Assembly (NCBI RefSeq): GCF_963921235.1
Contig: NC_086097.1
Coordinates: 207,330,001-207,394,000 of the forward strand
Length of the DNA: 64,000 nucleotides
Reading direction: 5' to 3'
Origin: Mobula hypostoma
Taxonomy: Eukaryota
Position 1 is the first letter of the stretch. The number at the start of each line of letters is the position of its first letter. Positions 50,513 to 63,180 of this stretch are shown here, one piece after another. The position numbers and the translations under genes are program-made. The notes under the pieces are model-generated. The model had not been told where the DNA came from. It made no database searches and was given only the letters and a program-made list of their open reading frames with translations.

Positions 50513-51998
50513 AAATGATGATTCCACTACAGCAGAATCCAGAACAAAAGGGAGATGCTTTATTACATCAATCACACAAAAGCAATCATATAGAAGTCAG
50601 GTGTTGGCTTTCCTACAATTTTTACTATAATTACAGTATATTCTTTTAATAAATTTAATGCCAAGTCATTTAACAGTTTGTATGTTAACTAAATCTCTCC
50701 GATAAAATACCATCTCAAAGCACTGCAAATTGTAGCCCTCTGGAAATAATGAATGCATACAAAGGACAGCACATCGCCATTAAGAATAATGGCTTACTAA
50801 ATTCACATACACTAGATTCATTCTTAAAACATTTGTTTTTTCCTTTCATCTGTTAGATTTATCATGCTCTATGGTTTGTTCACATATTGCAACTTTTTGT
50901 AGAAAATTGTTTCACATTCTAATAAACCTTTGCATGAAACCTTCTGCCTTTTTCCATGCAGCAGCAGTCTTAAAGTTAAAAGATGTAATCGAAGGTGCTC
51001 TGGCCTAGAAGTTATTGGCAAGGAGATGGTAGAAAGCTTAAGTGCCAGTTAAACAAAACCAGTTTACCCAGCAAAGGAAGGAAATGTTCTCAGACTTAAC
51101 ATTCTCAATGATTTTAGTTTTGCAAGAGAAAGATGTCCTTTAAAAAAATACAATCTATTTTCAAATTGAGCAGAGTGATTACTGAACGAGAAGTATTGGT
51201 TAAAATATGAATGCCTAAGAATAAATACTACTACTGAAGTTGCAACATAATTCTTATCCCAAAACTAATATATTTAATACTCTTCAAAATTATGCTATAT
51301 GCAATAATATAATCATTTCATAACTGTCTATATCCAAATAAATTGCAACACAAGCAAAACATTCCTTTCATCCTGGTTAGCAGAGTGCTGGGGTGGGGGG
51401 GGGGGTATGTTGGCACATCTAAAAAAATAGCACAATACTGCCTTAGTGCTAGACTGAAAATAGTCAGAATTGAGAATTCGGATACTATTACGCTCAAATG
51501 TGAAGTTTTCTGCCCCATTGGAAAAATTACTACTACAACAATTTTCCTTTAATAAAGTGGCATTTAAATTTGTCTACACACAAAACATACATTCAACAGT
51601 CAGCCTAAAGAATAAATAATTTTATAAAAATGTACTCATGGCTCAGGATACTTAAGAGGCCTGTCATATTCAGCAGGTAATGTTTCTGAGCTTTTTCATC
51701 ATGGAATAGAAGTCACAGTTCAATCAAATCAGAAAGGACCGCATTCTTCAACGTCTTCAGTTACAAAACAATTTTTACTAAAAAGGAAATTTCTATTTCT
51801 GTCACACTTTAAAGATAATCTGAACTCATTCAAGTACCTTGAATGCTATAAAAGTATAAAACTGGTGCATATAATCAGAGTATTTATATGAAAGTAATAT
51901 TTTGTTTCTAAGGTTTTATACAAAGGGTCAACACGAGGTCTTCATCTTTGGATTGTATTGTCTTGCATCAAGCTCGAAACACTCAATGTGCAAGTTAC

Positions 51999-52102
51999 CT
52001 GAGAAATGGCTGAACTTCTGAAGGGCAACAGGACTGCAGAAACTGCAAATCAGTCAAGGATACATCAGGAAGCTCAAAGTCAAACATACGAGGCTTGTGA
52101 GT
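51999..52102 (-). CDS. RB1CC1: RB1CC1 coding exon, 104 nt (THKPRMFDFELPDVSLTDLQFLQSCCPSEVQPFL/R), contains the LQFL motif
   Basis: Acceptor tgttgcag|ACT, donor AG|gtaact; phase 0 in, phase 2 out, fitting both neighbours. Confidence 0.96.
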
Positions 52103-52499
52103 CTGCAACAGTTAAAGTTAATAACTTAAATTAGTAATTTAACGCTGTTAATACTTCATGAGCTAACTATGATGGCTTCTTACATGTGGAGTTTTTTTTA
52201 AGTGGAAGAAATGGGAGTATCTTAAATGTGTTAGAATTGCTGTAATTTTTATAAATAACACTTTTTGGAAGAGAAATAACGTAATTTCTAAAGTAACAAA
52301 AGACAAAAAGTCAAGCTACTGTCATATAGCAAAATTTAAAGACTTTTGTTAAGTGTAGATCTGCTAGAGAAGAGACCTCATATTTTGTCTTAACAATCTT
52401 TGGCAAGCCCCCTGCAGTTGAAGAGATAACTAGCCTCCAATAACACTGATAATCAGAGATTGGCCCTCATGGTCTGCAAGATAGAAAGCTTTTAGACCG

Positions 52500-55385
52500 C
52501 GAGATAAAGGAGAAGAATTATGCCATTTAGCCCATCAAGTCTGCTCCACCAATTCATCATGGCTGTTCCATTTGGCCCCTCAGCCCCAATCTCCTACCTT
52601 CTCCCCATACCCTTTCTCTCCCTGACTAATCAACCTTAACTATACCCGATACTTGGCCTTCACAGGCACCTGTGGTAACGAATTCCAGATTCACCACTCT
52701 CTATCTAAGGAAATTCCTCATCTCCGTTCTAAAAGGACGCCCCTCTCTTTGGAGGCTGTGTTCTCTGGTCTTAGACTCTCCCACCCCAGGAAACATCCTC
52801 TCCACATCCACTCTTTCGAGGCCTTTCAACATTAGATAGGTTTTAATGAAGTTACTCCTCATTCTTCTGAATTCTAGTGAATAGAGGCCCAGAGCCATCA
52901 AACGCTCCTCATATGACAAACCTTTTAATCCTGGAATCATTTTCGTTAACATCCTTTGAACTCACTCACGTCTGCACATTGTTTCTTAAATAAGGGGCCC
53001 AAAATCTCTCAAAACAGTCCAAGTGAGGCCTCACCTGTGCTTTATAAAGCCTCAACATTACATCTTTGCTTTAATATTCTAGTCCTCTCAAAATGAATAT
53101 CAACATCATATTTGCCTTCCTCAACACCAACTCAACCTGCAAATGAACCATAGTGAATCCTGCACGAGGACTCCCAAGTTCCTTTGCACCTCAGATTTTT
53201 TCATTTTCTCGCTACTTAGAAAATAGTATACCCTTTTATTTCTCCTACCAAAGTGTATGACCATATACTTTATGACACTGTATTCCTTCTGCCACTTCTT
53301 TGCCCATTCTCCTAATCTATCCACGTCCTTCTGTAGCCTCTCTACTTCCTCTAAATTACCTGCCCCTCCACCTATTTTTGTATTGTCTGCAAACTTAGCC
53401 AAAAAGCATCAATTCTGTCATCCAAGTCATTGACATATAATGTAAAAAGCAGTCCCAACAGAGACCCCTGTGGAACATCACTAGTTACTGGCAGCCAACC
53501 AGAAAAGGTTCTCTTTATTCTGAGTCTTTGCTTCCTGCCAAACAGCCAATGCTCTATCATGCTAGTATCTTTCCTGTAATACCATGGGCTCTAACTTGGT
53601 AAGCAGCCATATGTGTGGTACCTTGTCAAAGGCCTTCTGAAAATCCAAATGCATAACATCTAATAATTCCCCTTTAACTTTTCTGCTTATTATTTCTTCA
53701 AAGCATTCCAACAGATTTGTTTCTCTTAAGGAAACCCCAAAACCACAACCTTAACAACAGACTCCAACATCTTTCCAAACAATGAAGTCAGACTAACTGG
53801 CGTGTAATTTATTTTCTTCGACCTCTATCCCTTCTTGTGACATGTGCAATTTTCCATCCTCCCAGAACCACACCAGAATCAATTGCTTCTTGAAAGATCA
53901 TTACTAATTCCTGCACAATCTCTTCAGCCACCTTTTTCAGAACCCCATGACGTATACAATCTGGTGCAGGTGACTTGCCTACCTTCAGACCAATTTCCCA
54001 AGAACCTTCTCCCTAGTAATGGCAACTTCACACACTTCAGTCTGCTGACACACTTGAACTTCTGGCATACTGCTAGTATCTCCCACAGTGAAGACTGATA
54101 AAAAATACTTCTTCAGTTTGTCTGCCATGTCCATGAACCCCATTACTGCCTCTCCAGCATCATTTTCCAGGGGTTCGATATCCACTCTCACCTCTCTTTT
54201 ACACTATATCTGAAGGAACTTTTGGTATCCTCTAATATTATTGGTCAATTTACCTTTGTATTGCATCTTTTTCTTCTTTATGACTTTTTCTAAGTTGAAG
54301 TGTATACCTCAGATAAGGATTATATGGAGATTTGCGACAAATATGACTATATGATGTATGTACAGTATCTGAAATACATCTTATGGAAATATTTGTTTGT
54401 TGAACTTCAATAAAACATAAATTACAAGAAACAAATAAAAGCTTCACAATCCTCTAACTTCTCCCTAATTTTTGCTCTATTATAGGCCCTCTCTTTGGCT
54501 TTTATTTTGGCTTTGACATCTCTTTTCAGCCAGAGTGGTGTCATCCTGCCTTTAGCAAACTTCTTCCTCATTGAAATGTATATATGCTGCACCTTCTGAA
54601 CTGCTCCCAGCAATCCCAGCCATTGCTGCTCTGCTATCATCCCTGCCTGTGTGTTTCACTGGCCCCCCCCCCCCCACCGCCACCGTCAATTTTGGCCAGC
54701 TCCTCTCATGTCTTTAATTTCCTTTACTCCATTGTAATACAGATACACATCTGACTTTACCTTTGCCTTCTCAAATTGGAGGGTGAATTCAAAAATATTA
54801 TGATCTCTTGCCCCAAAGGGTTTTTTTTTTAACCTTAAGCTGTCTAATCAATTCTGGTTCATTGCACAATGCCCAATCCAGAATAGCTGATCCCCTAGTG
54901 GGCTCAATCATGAGCTGCTCCTTAAAAGTCATCTCATAGGCATTCTCGAAATTACCGCTCTTGGGATACAGCACCAACCTGATTTTCCCAACCTACCTGC
55001 ATATTGAAATCCCCTAAGACTATTGTAACATTGCCCTTTTGGCACGCATTTTTTATCTCCCATTGTAATTTGTAGACCACATCCTTACTACTGTTTGGAA
55101 GTTTGTATTTAACTCCCCTTGTTTCACACTTGCAGTTCCTTAGCTCTATTCACAACAACTGAGAACCTTCTGACCCCATGTTATTTGCTTCTAATGATTT
55201 GATTTCATTTTTTACCAACAGAGTTATGCCTCCCCCTCTGCCTTCCTGCCTGTCCTTTCAATACAATGTGCATCCTTGGACATTAAGCTCCCAGCTATAA
55301 TCTTTCTTCAGCCATAATTCAGTGATGCCCACAACATCATACATGCCAATCTAACTGTGCTACAAGTTAATTTCCCTTATTCCGG
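52500..55385 (-). mobile_element. CR1 LINE, nearly complete decayed ORF2, related to 47700-50512, inverted
   Basis: Minus-strand FADNTKIGG and VPQGSLLG motifs, APE-region ATCACTGAATTATGGCTGAAG shared with the 47700 copy; 3' UTR at ~52505-52610. Confidence 0.9.
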
Positions 55386-56029
55386 ATATTTCTTCCTTTG
55401 TAACAGAGAAGGCAGAGTTGTCTTGGTGAATTAAGTGTTATTTGCTCACAGCACATACAAGGATGATTCTGCAATTGAGACCAGTACCAGCACTTATAGA
55501 TATTGTTATAAATGTTCAATTTCAGAACAATTTAATAGTCAAAAATTATACTTCAGCAACGCACCCAAAATGCTGAGTACCTCATGTCTATATTTTAGTA
55601 ACAGTAGCTTAGAAAGGAAATACCATCCAAGGGGGGCATATTCTTAGCATAATTAACACTACCAGAGAATAGTAGAGCTGAGAATGTAGAGTCTTATTTA
55701 ATTTAAAAGAAAAATAAAAAAGGTAATAATTTTCATAGATTCCATGATAAACAAAGAAAATGCTTCTCCAAATTGCTGATTAGTTCAAATACTCATTTAG
55801 GATCTACATAACCCATTGGGAATTCATTAAAACCTCTATAACCAAATATAAAAAGCTCAACCTGCTAGTTGAGGAAAAAAATTCTGAAATAGTCTTAAAT
55901 TATGACATTAAAAGCGAGTACTTAAATGATTATGATTTAAATATGTAAATCATAAAAATCACTGAAAGGAGGCAGTGATATTATAATAAATGTAATATTT
56001 TAATTATTCAAATAAAATTTTATACATAC

Positions 56030-56094
56030 ACAAAATGATGATGGTGGCCAAGAGTCAAGTCCCTTAAACAAGCGATTTCTAAGAAACGATCTTC
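56030..56094 (-). CDS. RB1CC1: RB1CC1 coding exon, 65 nt (RSFLRNRLFKGLDSWPPSSFC)
   Basis: Acceptor ttttctctgcag|GA, donor TGT|gtatgt; 2 nt + 21 codons; peptide recognisable as RB1CC1. Confidence 0.95.
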
Positions 56095-56661
56095 CTGCAG
56101 AGAAAAGCCTCAGTATAAATATACAGTTTACAGATAATAACTTTCAAAGAGGCACAGTTTATATAAAAGGAAACAAACATAGGCCAAGTTGCACTCAATA
56201 GTAAAACAATTCATGGTGCTTCATTGAAACATTATCAAGCACAAGTTAAATTTGTGATTAAGAAAGATGACAAAAGATTAAAAAAAAGAGTACCCGAAAA
56301 GAAGAATGAAGCATAGAGAAGCAGAGGTGTAAAAAAAAAAGGGGGGGTACATCATATCATTCTATTATATCAGTGCTTTTGTAGTTGAAGAATCCATTAA
56401 CATCAATCAAGTAGGATGTTCAGAGCCACAAGTAAAATATATGCCAATACCTTAAAAATTATATATCATAAAGAAGTGAAACCTACAAAGTGTGAGGGTA
56501 AAGAAAAAGCCAAGAATGAAGTCAGTGGCTAGAGAATAAAGTTTGCCAATTGGACTGAGTATAATGATTCCATCTTTTCCAAGTGCAACGTAAATTTATT
56601 ATCAAACTACATATACGTCACCATATACAACCCAGAGATTTGTTTTCTTGCGAACATACTC

Positions 56662-57367
56662 TTTACTTTACTTTATACTTTATTGTCGCCAAACAATTCG
56701 TACTAGAACGTACAATCATCATTGCAATATTTGATTCTGCGCTTCACACTCCCTGGATTACAAATATTAAATATTAAAAATATTTAAAATTAGTAAATAT
56801 TAAAAATTTAAATTATAAATCATAAATAGAAAATAGAAAAAATAAGGTAGTGCAAAAAAACCAAGAGGCAGGTCCGGATATCTGGAGGGTACGGCCCAGA
56901 TCTGGGTCAGGATCCGTTCAGCAGTCTTATCACAGTTGGAAAGAAGCTGTTCCCAAATCTGGCCGTACGAGTCTTCAAGCTCCTGAGCCTTCTCCTGGAG
57001 GGAAGAGGGATGAAAAGTGTGTTGGCTGGGTGGGTCGTGTCCTTGATTATCCTGGCAGCACTGCTCTGACAACGTGCAGTGTAAAGTGAGTACACGGACG
57101 GAAGATTGGTTTGTGGGATGTGCTGCGCTGTGTTCACGATCTTCTGCAGCTTCTTTCAGTCTTGGACAGGACAACTTCCATACCAGGTTGTGATGCACCC
57201 TAGAAGAATGCTTTCTACAGTGCCTCTATAAAAATTAGTGAGAGTTTTAGGGGACAGGCCAAATTTCTTTAGTTTTCTCAGGAAGTAAAGGCGCTGGTGG
57301 GCCTTCTTGACAGTGAACTCTGCTTGGTTGGACCAAGTCAGGTCATTTGTGATATTGACCCCGAGGA
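56662..57367 (-). mobile_element. Younger Rex1/Babar-type 3' fragment inserted in an older Rex element
   Basis: FLGVNITNDLTWS..KKAHQRLYFLRKLKK..ESILLGCITTWYG; TARFGNSFFP; tail of AAAGT-type repeats; ACTC on both sides. Confidence 0.88.
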
Positions 57368-57567
57368 ACTCAGTAAATCCTAGAAACATAATAGAATCAA
57401 TTAAAGACTACACCAACAGGATAGACAAAACAACCAACATGCAAAGGATAAAATTAAGAAAAGAAAGGTAATAATAATAAATAAGCAAACATATTGAGAA
57501 TATGAGATGAAGAGTTGTCAAAAAGTGAGCCTGTAGGTTGTGGGTACAGTTCAGTGATGGGGTGAGT

Positions 57568-59560
57568 AAAAGTATATATATGTCACCATATACTACACTG
57601 CGCTTCATCTTCTTGTGGGCATACTCAAATTCATAATAAAATAATAACCATAATAAAATCAATGAAAGACCACACCAACTTGGGCATCCAACCAGTGTGC
57701 AAAAGACAACAAAGTGTGCAAATACAAAAAGAAATAATAATAATAATAAATAAGCAATAAATATTGAGAACATGTGATTAAAAGTCCTTGAAAGTGAGTC
57801 CATTGGTTGTAGGAGCATTTCAATGATGTGGCAAGTGAAATTGAGTGAAGTTACCTCCTTTGGTTCAAGAGCCTGATGGTTGAGGGGTAATAACTGTTCC
57901 TGAACCTGGTGCTGTAGTCCTGAGACTCCTGTACCTTCTTCCTAATGGCAACAGCGAGAAGAGAGCAAGTCCTGGGTGGAAGAAGTCTCTGAAGATGGAT
58001 GCTGCTTTCTTGTGACAGTGTTTCATGTAGATGTGCTCAGTGGCGGGGAGAGCTTTACCCACGATGGACTGGGCCATATCCAGTACTTGTTGAAGGATTT
58101 TCCGTTCAAGGATATTGGTGTTTCCACACCAGGCTTTAACGTTACCATTCAATAAACTCTCCACTACACATCAATAGAATTTAGTCAAAATTTTAGGTGT
58201 CACACTGAATCTTCGCGAACTCTTAAGGAATTAGAGGCGCTATCATGCAGCCTTCATAACTGCACTTGTGTGCTGGGCCCTGGGCAGGTCCTCTGAAATG
58301 ATAATGCTGAGAAATTTAAAGTTGCAGACCCTCTCCACCTCCGATCCCCAAGGATTTGCTCATGGATCTCTGGTTTCCTCCTCTTGAAGAGAATAATCAA
58401 CTCCTTGGTCTTGCTGACATTGAGCAAGAGGTTATTGTCGTGGCACCACTCAGCCAGATTTCCAATCTGCCTTCTATATGCTGATTCATCATCCTTTTGG
58501 TTTGGCCTACAGCAGTGGTGTCACAAGCAAACTTGAATATGGCATTGGAGCTCTGCTTAGCTTCAGAGTCATAAGTGTAATGCGAGTACAGCAAGGGGGT
58601 AAGCACACTGACTGTAGTGCACCTGTCCCAATAGGGATTGTGGAGAAGATGTTGTTGCTAGCCCAAACTGACTGGGGACTGCAAGTGAGGAAAGCAATGA
58701 TCCAATTGCACAAGGAGGTATTGGCGGGGGTCAAGGTTTTGAAGTTTATTGATTAGTTTTGAGGAGACTATTATATTGAATGCTGAACTGCAGTCGATAA
58801 AAAGCATCCTGATGTATGTATCTTTGCTTTCAAGATGTTCCAGGGTTGAGTGAAGACCCATTGAAGTGGCACCTGCTGTGGACCACTTGGAGTAGATGGA
58901 TCTGAATCACTTCTCAGGCAGGAATTAATATGATTCATCACCAACCTCTCAAAACACTCATCACTGTGGATGTAAGTGCAACTAAATGATCATCATTGAG
59001 GCAGGTTACCATGTTCTTCTTAGGCACTGTCACAATTGAAGCCTGCTTGAAGCAGGTGGGTATTGCAGAATGCTAAAGCAAAAGGTTAAAGATCTCAGTA
59101 AACACTGCAGCCAAATCATCAGCACAGATACCCCATCTGGGCCGAATGCTTTTCATGGGTTCACCCTCCTGAAAGCTGCTCACACGTCAGACTCAGACTG
59201 AAACACAGGATTATTGTGGGCTATAAGAGTTTGTGATGGTTCCTCCATGTTTTGATTATCAAAGTAAAGCATAGAAGCTCATCAGAATTGAAGCCCTGTT
59301 GTCGCACATCTCATTTAATTTAACTTTATAAAAAGTGCTAGCATTCAAGCATGGCCGTAACTATTGAGTATCCTTCATTGATTCCAGGATGCCACTTTGC
59401 CCATGAGATGGTTTTCCAGAGATTGTAGCTGTACTTCTTGTAACTTTCTTGGTCACCAGACTTGAATGCCTCTAATTCGGCCCTCAGAAGATTGCTGATC
59501 TCATGGTTCATCCAGGACTTCTGTTTGGGGAAGACAATGATCTTGTGGAGACACACTCTG
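57568..59560 (-). mobile_element. Rex1/Babar-type LINE (RT to 3' UTR), decayed, inserted in a same-family copy (56590-56661, 57368-57567, 59562-59662)
   Basis: FPKQKSWMN, IRMLFIDCSSAFN, LCNWIIAFLT, FKFACD, LFSLLPLGRRYRS; duplicated 3' UTR blocks. Confidence 0.85.
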
Positions 59561-60109
59561 CGTTATCCCCGCTGGTTCAAGAGTTTGATGGTTGAGAAGT
59601 ACTAACCGTACCTGAACTTGGTAGTGTGGATCTTGAGGCTTCTGTACCTTCTTCCTGATGGCTGATTACATGATGAAACTAATCCCATTTACCACTGACG
59701 CTACTGACAAAAGTAGAACAAATCAAGCAAAGGACCATGTAGCTGAAAAATCATGAGTGCAATAGAAAGCCAATGGGAAGAAGGGAGATAGTGGGATGCT
59801 AGTTGCAGTTGGAGAGAGTGAAAAAGTCAACTAGCATTTCTGTTACTATTATTCACAAAATCTTTTGTGGAAGTGCTCTATAAAGTTCTCCAACTCCATA
59901 CATGCAAATAACCATTTGGCATGGTAACACAGGCTAAACGGTCTCCATATGTTGTCATTTACACTGTCTCCTGCTGCATCTTGTCAGCAAAGTTTAAAAG
60001 AAGCGAGTGGGAGTAATCAGTACATTTTTGCAAGCCACAGTTCAAAGGAGACGTTGGATTACTCAAAATTAGGTACTTGGCAAAGACCAATAGAAAAGAA
60101 GAGATTAGA

Positions 60110-63100
60110 TTTAAGTGGAGCAGCCATTGTGTGAATGGACCAGTGATGGAGTGGGGAATTGAGACTGTGGCTAATCGAGGCTTCAGCAAAGAAACGCACA
60201 AGCCTTAGGTAGATACTTTTTTTGTTATTTATTCTTTCTTCCTTTTTGCACATTTAGAGCAGTGGAAATGCCAGACAGCATACTGGAATGCTTCTCTTGC
60301 GGAATGTGAGAAGGCAGATACCTCCAATGTCCCCGATGTCTATAACCGCAAGAAGTCCATCTAGCTGCAGCTTCTATATACCCTGTCAAGGAGTTGGAGC
60401 TGGAATTGGATGAACTCCAGATCATTCAGGTGGCTGTGGGGTTGATAAAAGACAGGACCTACTGTGAGGTAGCTACACCCAAGGTGTAGGCCACTGGTAA
60501 CTTGGTGACTGTTAGGAGGGGGGAGAAAAAGAGGATAGGCAGCCAGTGCAGGGTACCCATTCCCCTCAACCGGTATACTGCTTTGGATCTATGGGGGGGG
60601 GGGGCGGGATATGACCTCAGAGGAAAGCCACAGTGGTCAGGTCTCTGACTGAGGATGAGACGGGGGGGGGGGGGGTAGAGAGGAGGCGAGCTAGAGCAAC
60701 AGAAAGAAGGTTTGTGGATGAGAATGAGATTACTGGATGGCTTGTTGCCTCCCAGGGCCAGGGTCAGGGACATCTCGGTTCGAGATACGGGAGGGTGAGC
60801 AGCCAGAGGTCATGGTCCACGTCGGTACCAATGACATGGTTAGGAAGTCCTGCAAAGAGAGTTCAAGAAATTAGGTGCCAAGATAAAAGTCATGAACCCA
60901 GAATTGTGATTTCAGGTTTGCTACCTGTGGCACACGCGAGTGAGGCCAGAATAGGAAAATCATTGCTAAGGAGTTGGTGTAGGAGGGAGGGCATCAGATT
61001 TTTGGATCATAGGGCTCTCTTCCAGGGAAAGTGGGATCTGTACAGAAGGGATGGTTTGCACCCGAAATGGAAGGGTCCAACATCCTGGCAGAAAGGAGTG
61101 GTTGTGGAAAAAGATGGTATTAAGCCTACATACAAGGTCAGGAATCAAAACGTTGAGTACGGTGGGACTAGCGTTCTGAAATGGGTATATTTGAATGTAA
61201 GGGATATTGCAAGAAAAGGCAGATGAGTTCAGGGCATGGAATTATGACATTGTAGCCATTAGTGAGACTTAGTCGCAAAAGGAGCAGGGCCGCCAGCTCA
61301 AAGTTCCAGGGTTCCACTGTTTTAGATGCAATGGAGCAGGAGGGATTAAAGGGGAAAGAGTGGCATTTCTAGTCAGGGAAAATGTCACTGCAGTGCTCAG
61401 ACAGGACAGACTGGAGAGCTCACCTATTGAGGCTTAATGAGCAGAAATGAGGAATAAGAAAGGTATGACCACATTTATGGATTATATTATAGACTACTCA
61501 ACAGTCCATGGGATTTAGAGGAGAAAACTTTTAGACAGATTGTAGACTGTTGCAAGAAACAAAGTTATGATAGTAGGCGATTTTAACTTTCTTCATATTG
61601 GCTGGGACTCTGATACTGTAAAACTGCTGAATGAGACAGCGTTAAGTGTGTTCAGGAATGTTTCCTTAATCAGTACATAGACATCCCAACCAGAGACAGT
61701 GCAATACCAGATCGCATGTTAGGGAATGAGACAAGGCAGGTGACAAAAGTTCATGTAGTGGAACACCTTGCAACTCGTGATCACAAAGCCATTAGTTTCA
61801 ATACAATTATGCAGAAGGATAAATTAAGATTCTATATTGGAGAAAGGGTAATTTTGATGATATCAGGATCTGACAAGAGTGGAATTCATTACCACGGGTG
61901 TGGACAGCTTGTTTTCTGGCAAAGGTGTACTTGGTAAGTGGGAGGCCTTCAAAAGTGAAATATAGAGAGTACACAGTTTGTATGTTTCTGTAAGATGAAA
62001 AGAGGCTGTTAGAATAATTTCTGCTATTCTGTTAGAATAAACAAAAGGTTTATGGAACCTTGGTTTTAACGAGATATTGGTTAAGATAAAACAAAAAGGA
62101 GTTGCATAGCAGGTTTGATTAAGAGAGCTAGGGCTTTGCTCTTTGGAGAGAAAGAGGGTGAGAGGAGACATGATAGAGGTATACAAGATATTAAGAGGAA
62201 TAGATAGAGTGGACAGCCAGCACCTCTTCCCCAGGGCACCACTGCTCAGTACAAGAGGACATGGCTTTAAGGTAAGGGAGGGAAAGTTCAAGAGGGATAT
62301 GAGAGGAAGGTTTTTTACTCAGAGAGTGGTTGGTGCATGGAATGCACTGCCTGAGTGCGGAAGCAGATACGCTAGTGAAATTTAAGAGACTGCTAGATAG
62401 GTATATGGAGGAATTTAAGGTGGGGGGTTATATGGGAGGTAGGGTTTAAGGGTCAGCACAACATTTGGGCCGAAGGGCCTGTACTGTGCCGTACTATTCT
62501 ATGTTCTATATGTATAGGCAGGTAGGAATAAATGAGGTACTTATGGAGTACAAGAAACGCAAAAGAAAAACACTTAAGAAGGAAATCAGGACAGCTAACA
62601 GCATGAGATTGCTTTAGCAGACAAGGTGAAGGAAAATCCTAAGATATAATAAAAGCAAAAGGATGGTAAGTGACAAAATTGGTCCTCTGGAAGATCAGAG
62701 TAGCAGTCTGAGCATGGAGCTGAAAGAGATGGGGGAGATTTTAAATTGATTTTTTAGCATCTATGCTTACTCAGGGGACAGACAACGGATCTATTGATGT
62801 AAGCAATGCAGCAATGGGGTCATGGACCCTATACAGATTACAGTTTGCTGTCTTCAGGCAAATTAATGTGGATAAATTGCTAAGGACTGACAAGGTATTC
62901 CCTCAGACCCTGTGGGAGGCTAGTGCAGAAATTTCAGGGGTCCTAGCAGTAATATTTAAAACCTTCTTAGCCACGGGTGAGGTGCCGGAGGATTGCAGGA
63001 TAGCAAATGTTGTTTCGTTCTTAAATAAAGGCTCCAAGAATTAGCCAAGAAATTGTAGATGGGTGAGCCCAAAATCAGTAATGGGAAAGTTAATGGAAGG

Positions 63101-63180
63101 TATTCTCAGAGACCACATATACAAGTATTTTGATAGATAAGGACTGATTAGGGACAGTGAACATGGATTGTGGTTTTCTA
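60110..63180 (+). mobile_element. Decayed CR1 LINE retaining the 5' UTR and ORF1 (Cys-pair zinc finger + SGNH esterase) and the first half of ORF2
   Basis: GAATGCTTCTCTTGC (ECFSC), TGCCTCCCAGGGCCAGGGTC (CLPGARV-like), GTCCACGTCGGTACCAATGAC (VHVGTND), VISGLLPV, WCRREGIRFLDH, LYRRDGLHP; APE and RT N-terminal relics from ~61180. Confidence 0.88.
62115..62508 (+). mobile_element. Young CR1 3' fragment (12104/30744 subfamily) nested in the older CR1
   Basis: ORF 62143..62385 is nearly identical to 13891..14088; TATTCTATGTTCTAT tail; the host linker sequence resumes at ~62509. Confidence 0.9.

Larger units (their letters stand above)
2110..56094 (-). other. RB1CC1: RB1CC1/FIP200 gene, partial model (8 internal coding exons; both gene ends outside the window)
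   Basis: Eight GT-AG exons of 65+104+127+1895+163+109+256+52 = 2771 nt splice in one open frame. The peptides match remembered vertebrate RB1CC1 in order: RSFLRNRLFKGLDSWPP, DLQFLQS, SLDEMSQTITDLL, SPDSIDAHTFDFETIPHP, TSLIAEQQ|TNFNTVLTREK, SEEKHRIMILER. Confidence 0.97.

Noticed and set aside
2648..63044. Numerous 60-170 aa ORFs antisense to LINE fragments (e.g. 4028-4351, 13210-13560, 31383-31781, 29193-29492)
   Set aside because: These are shadow frames of CR1 RT codons and recur with each LINE copy; there is no independent gene evidence.
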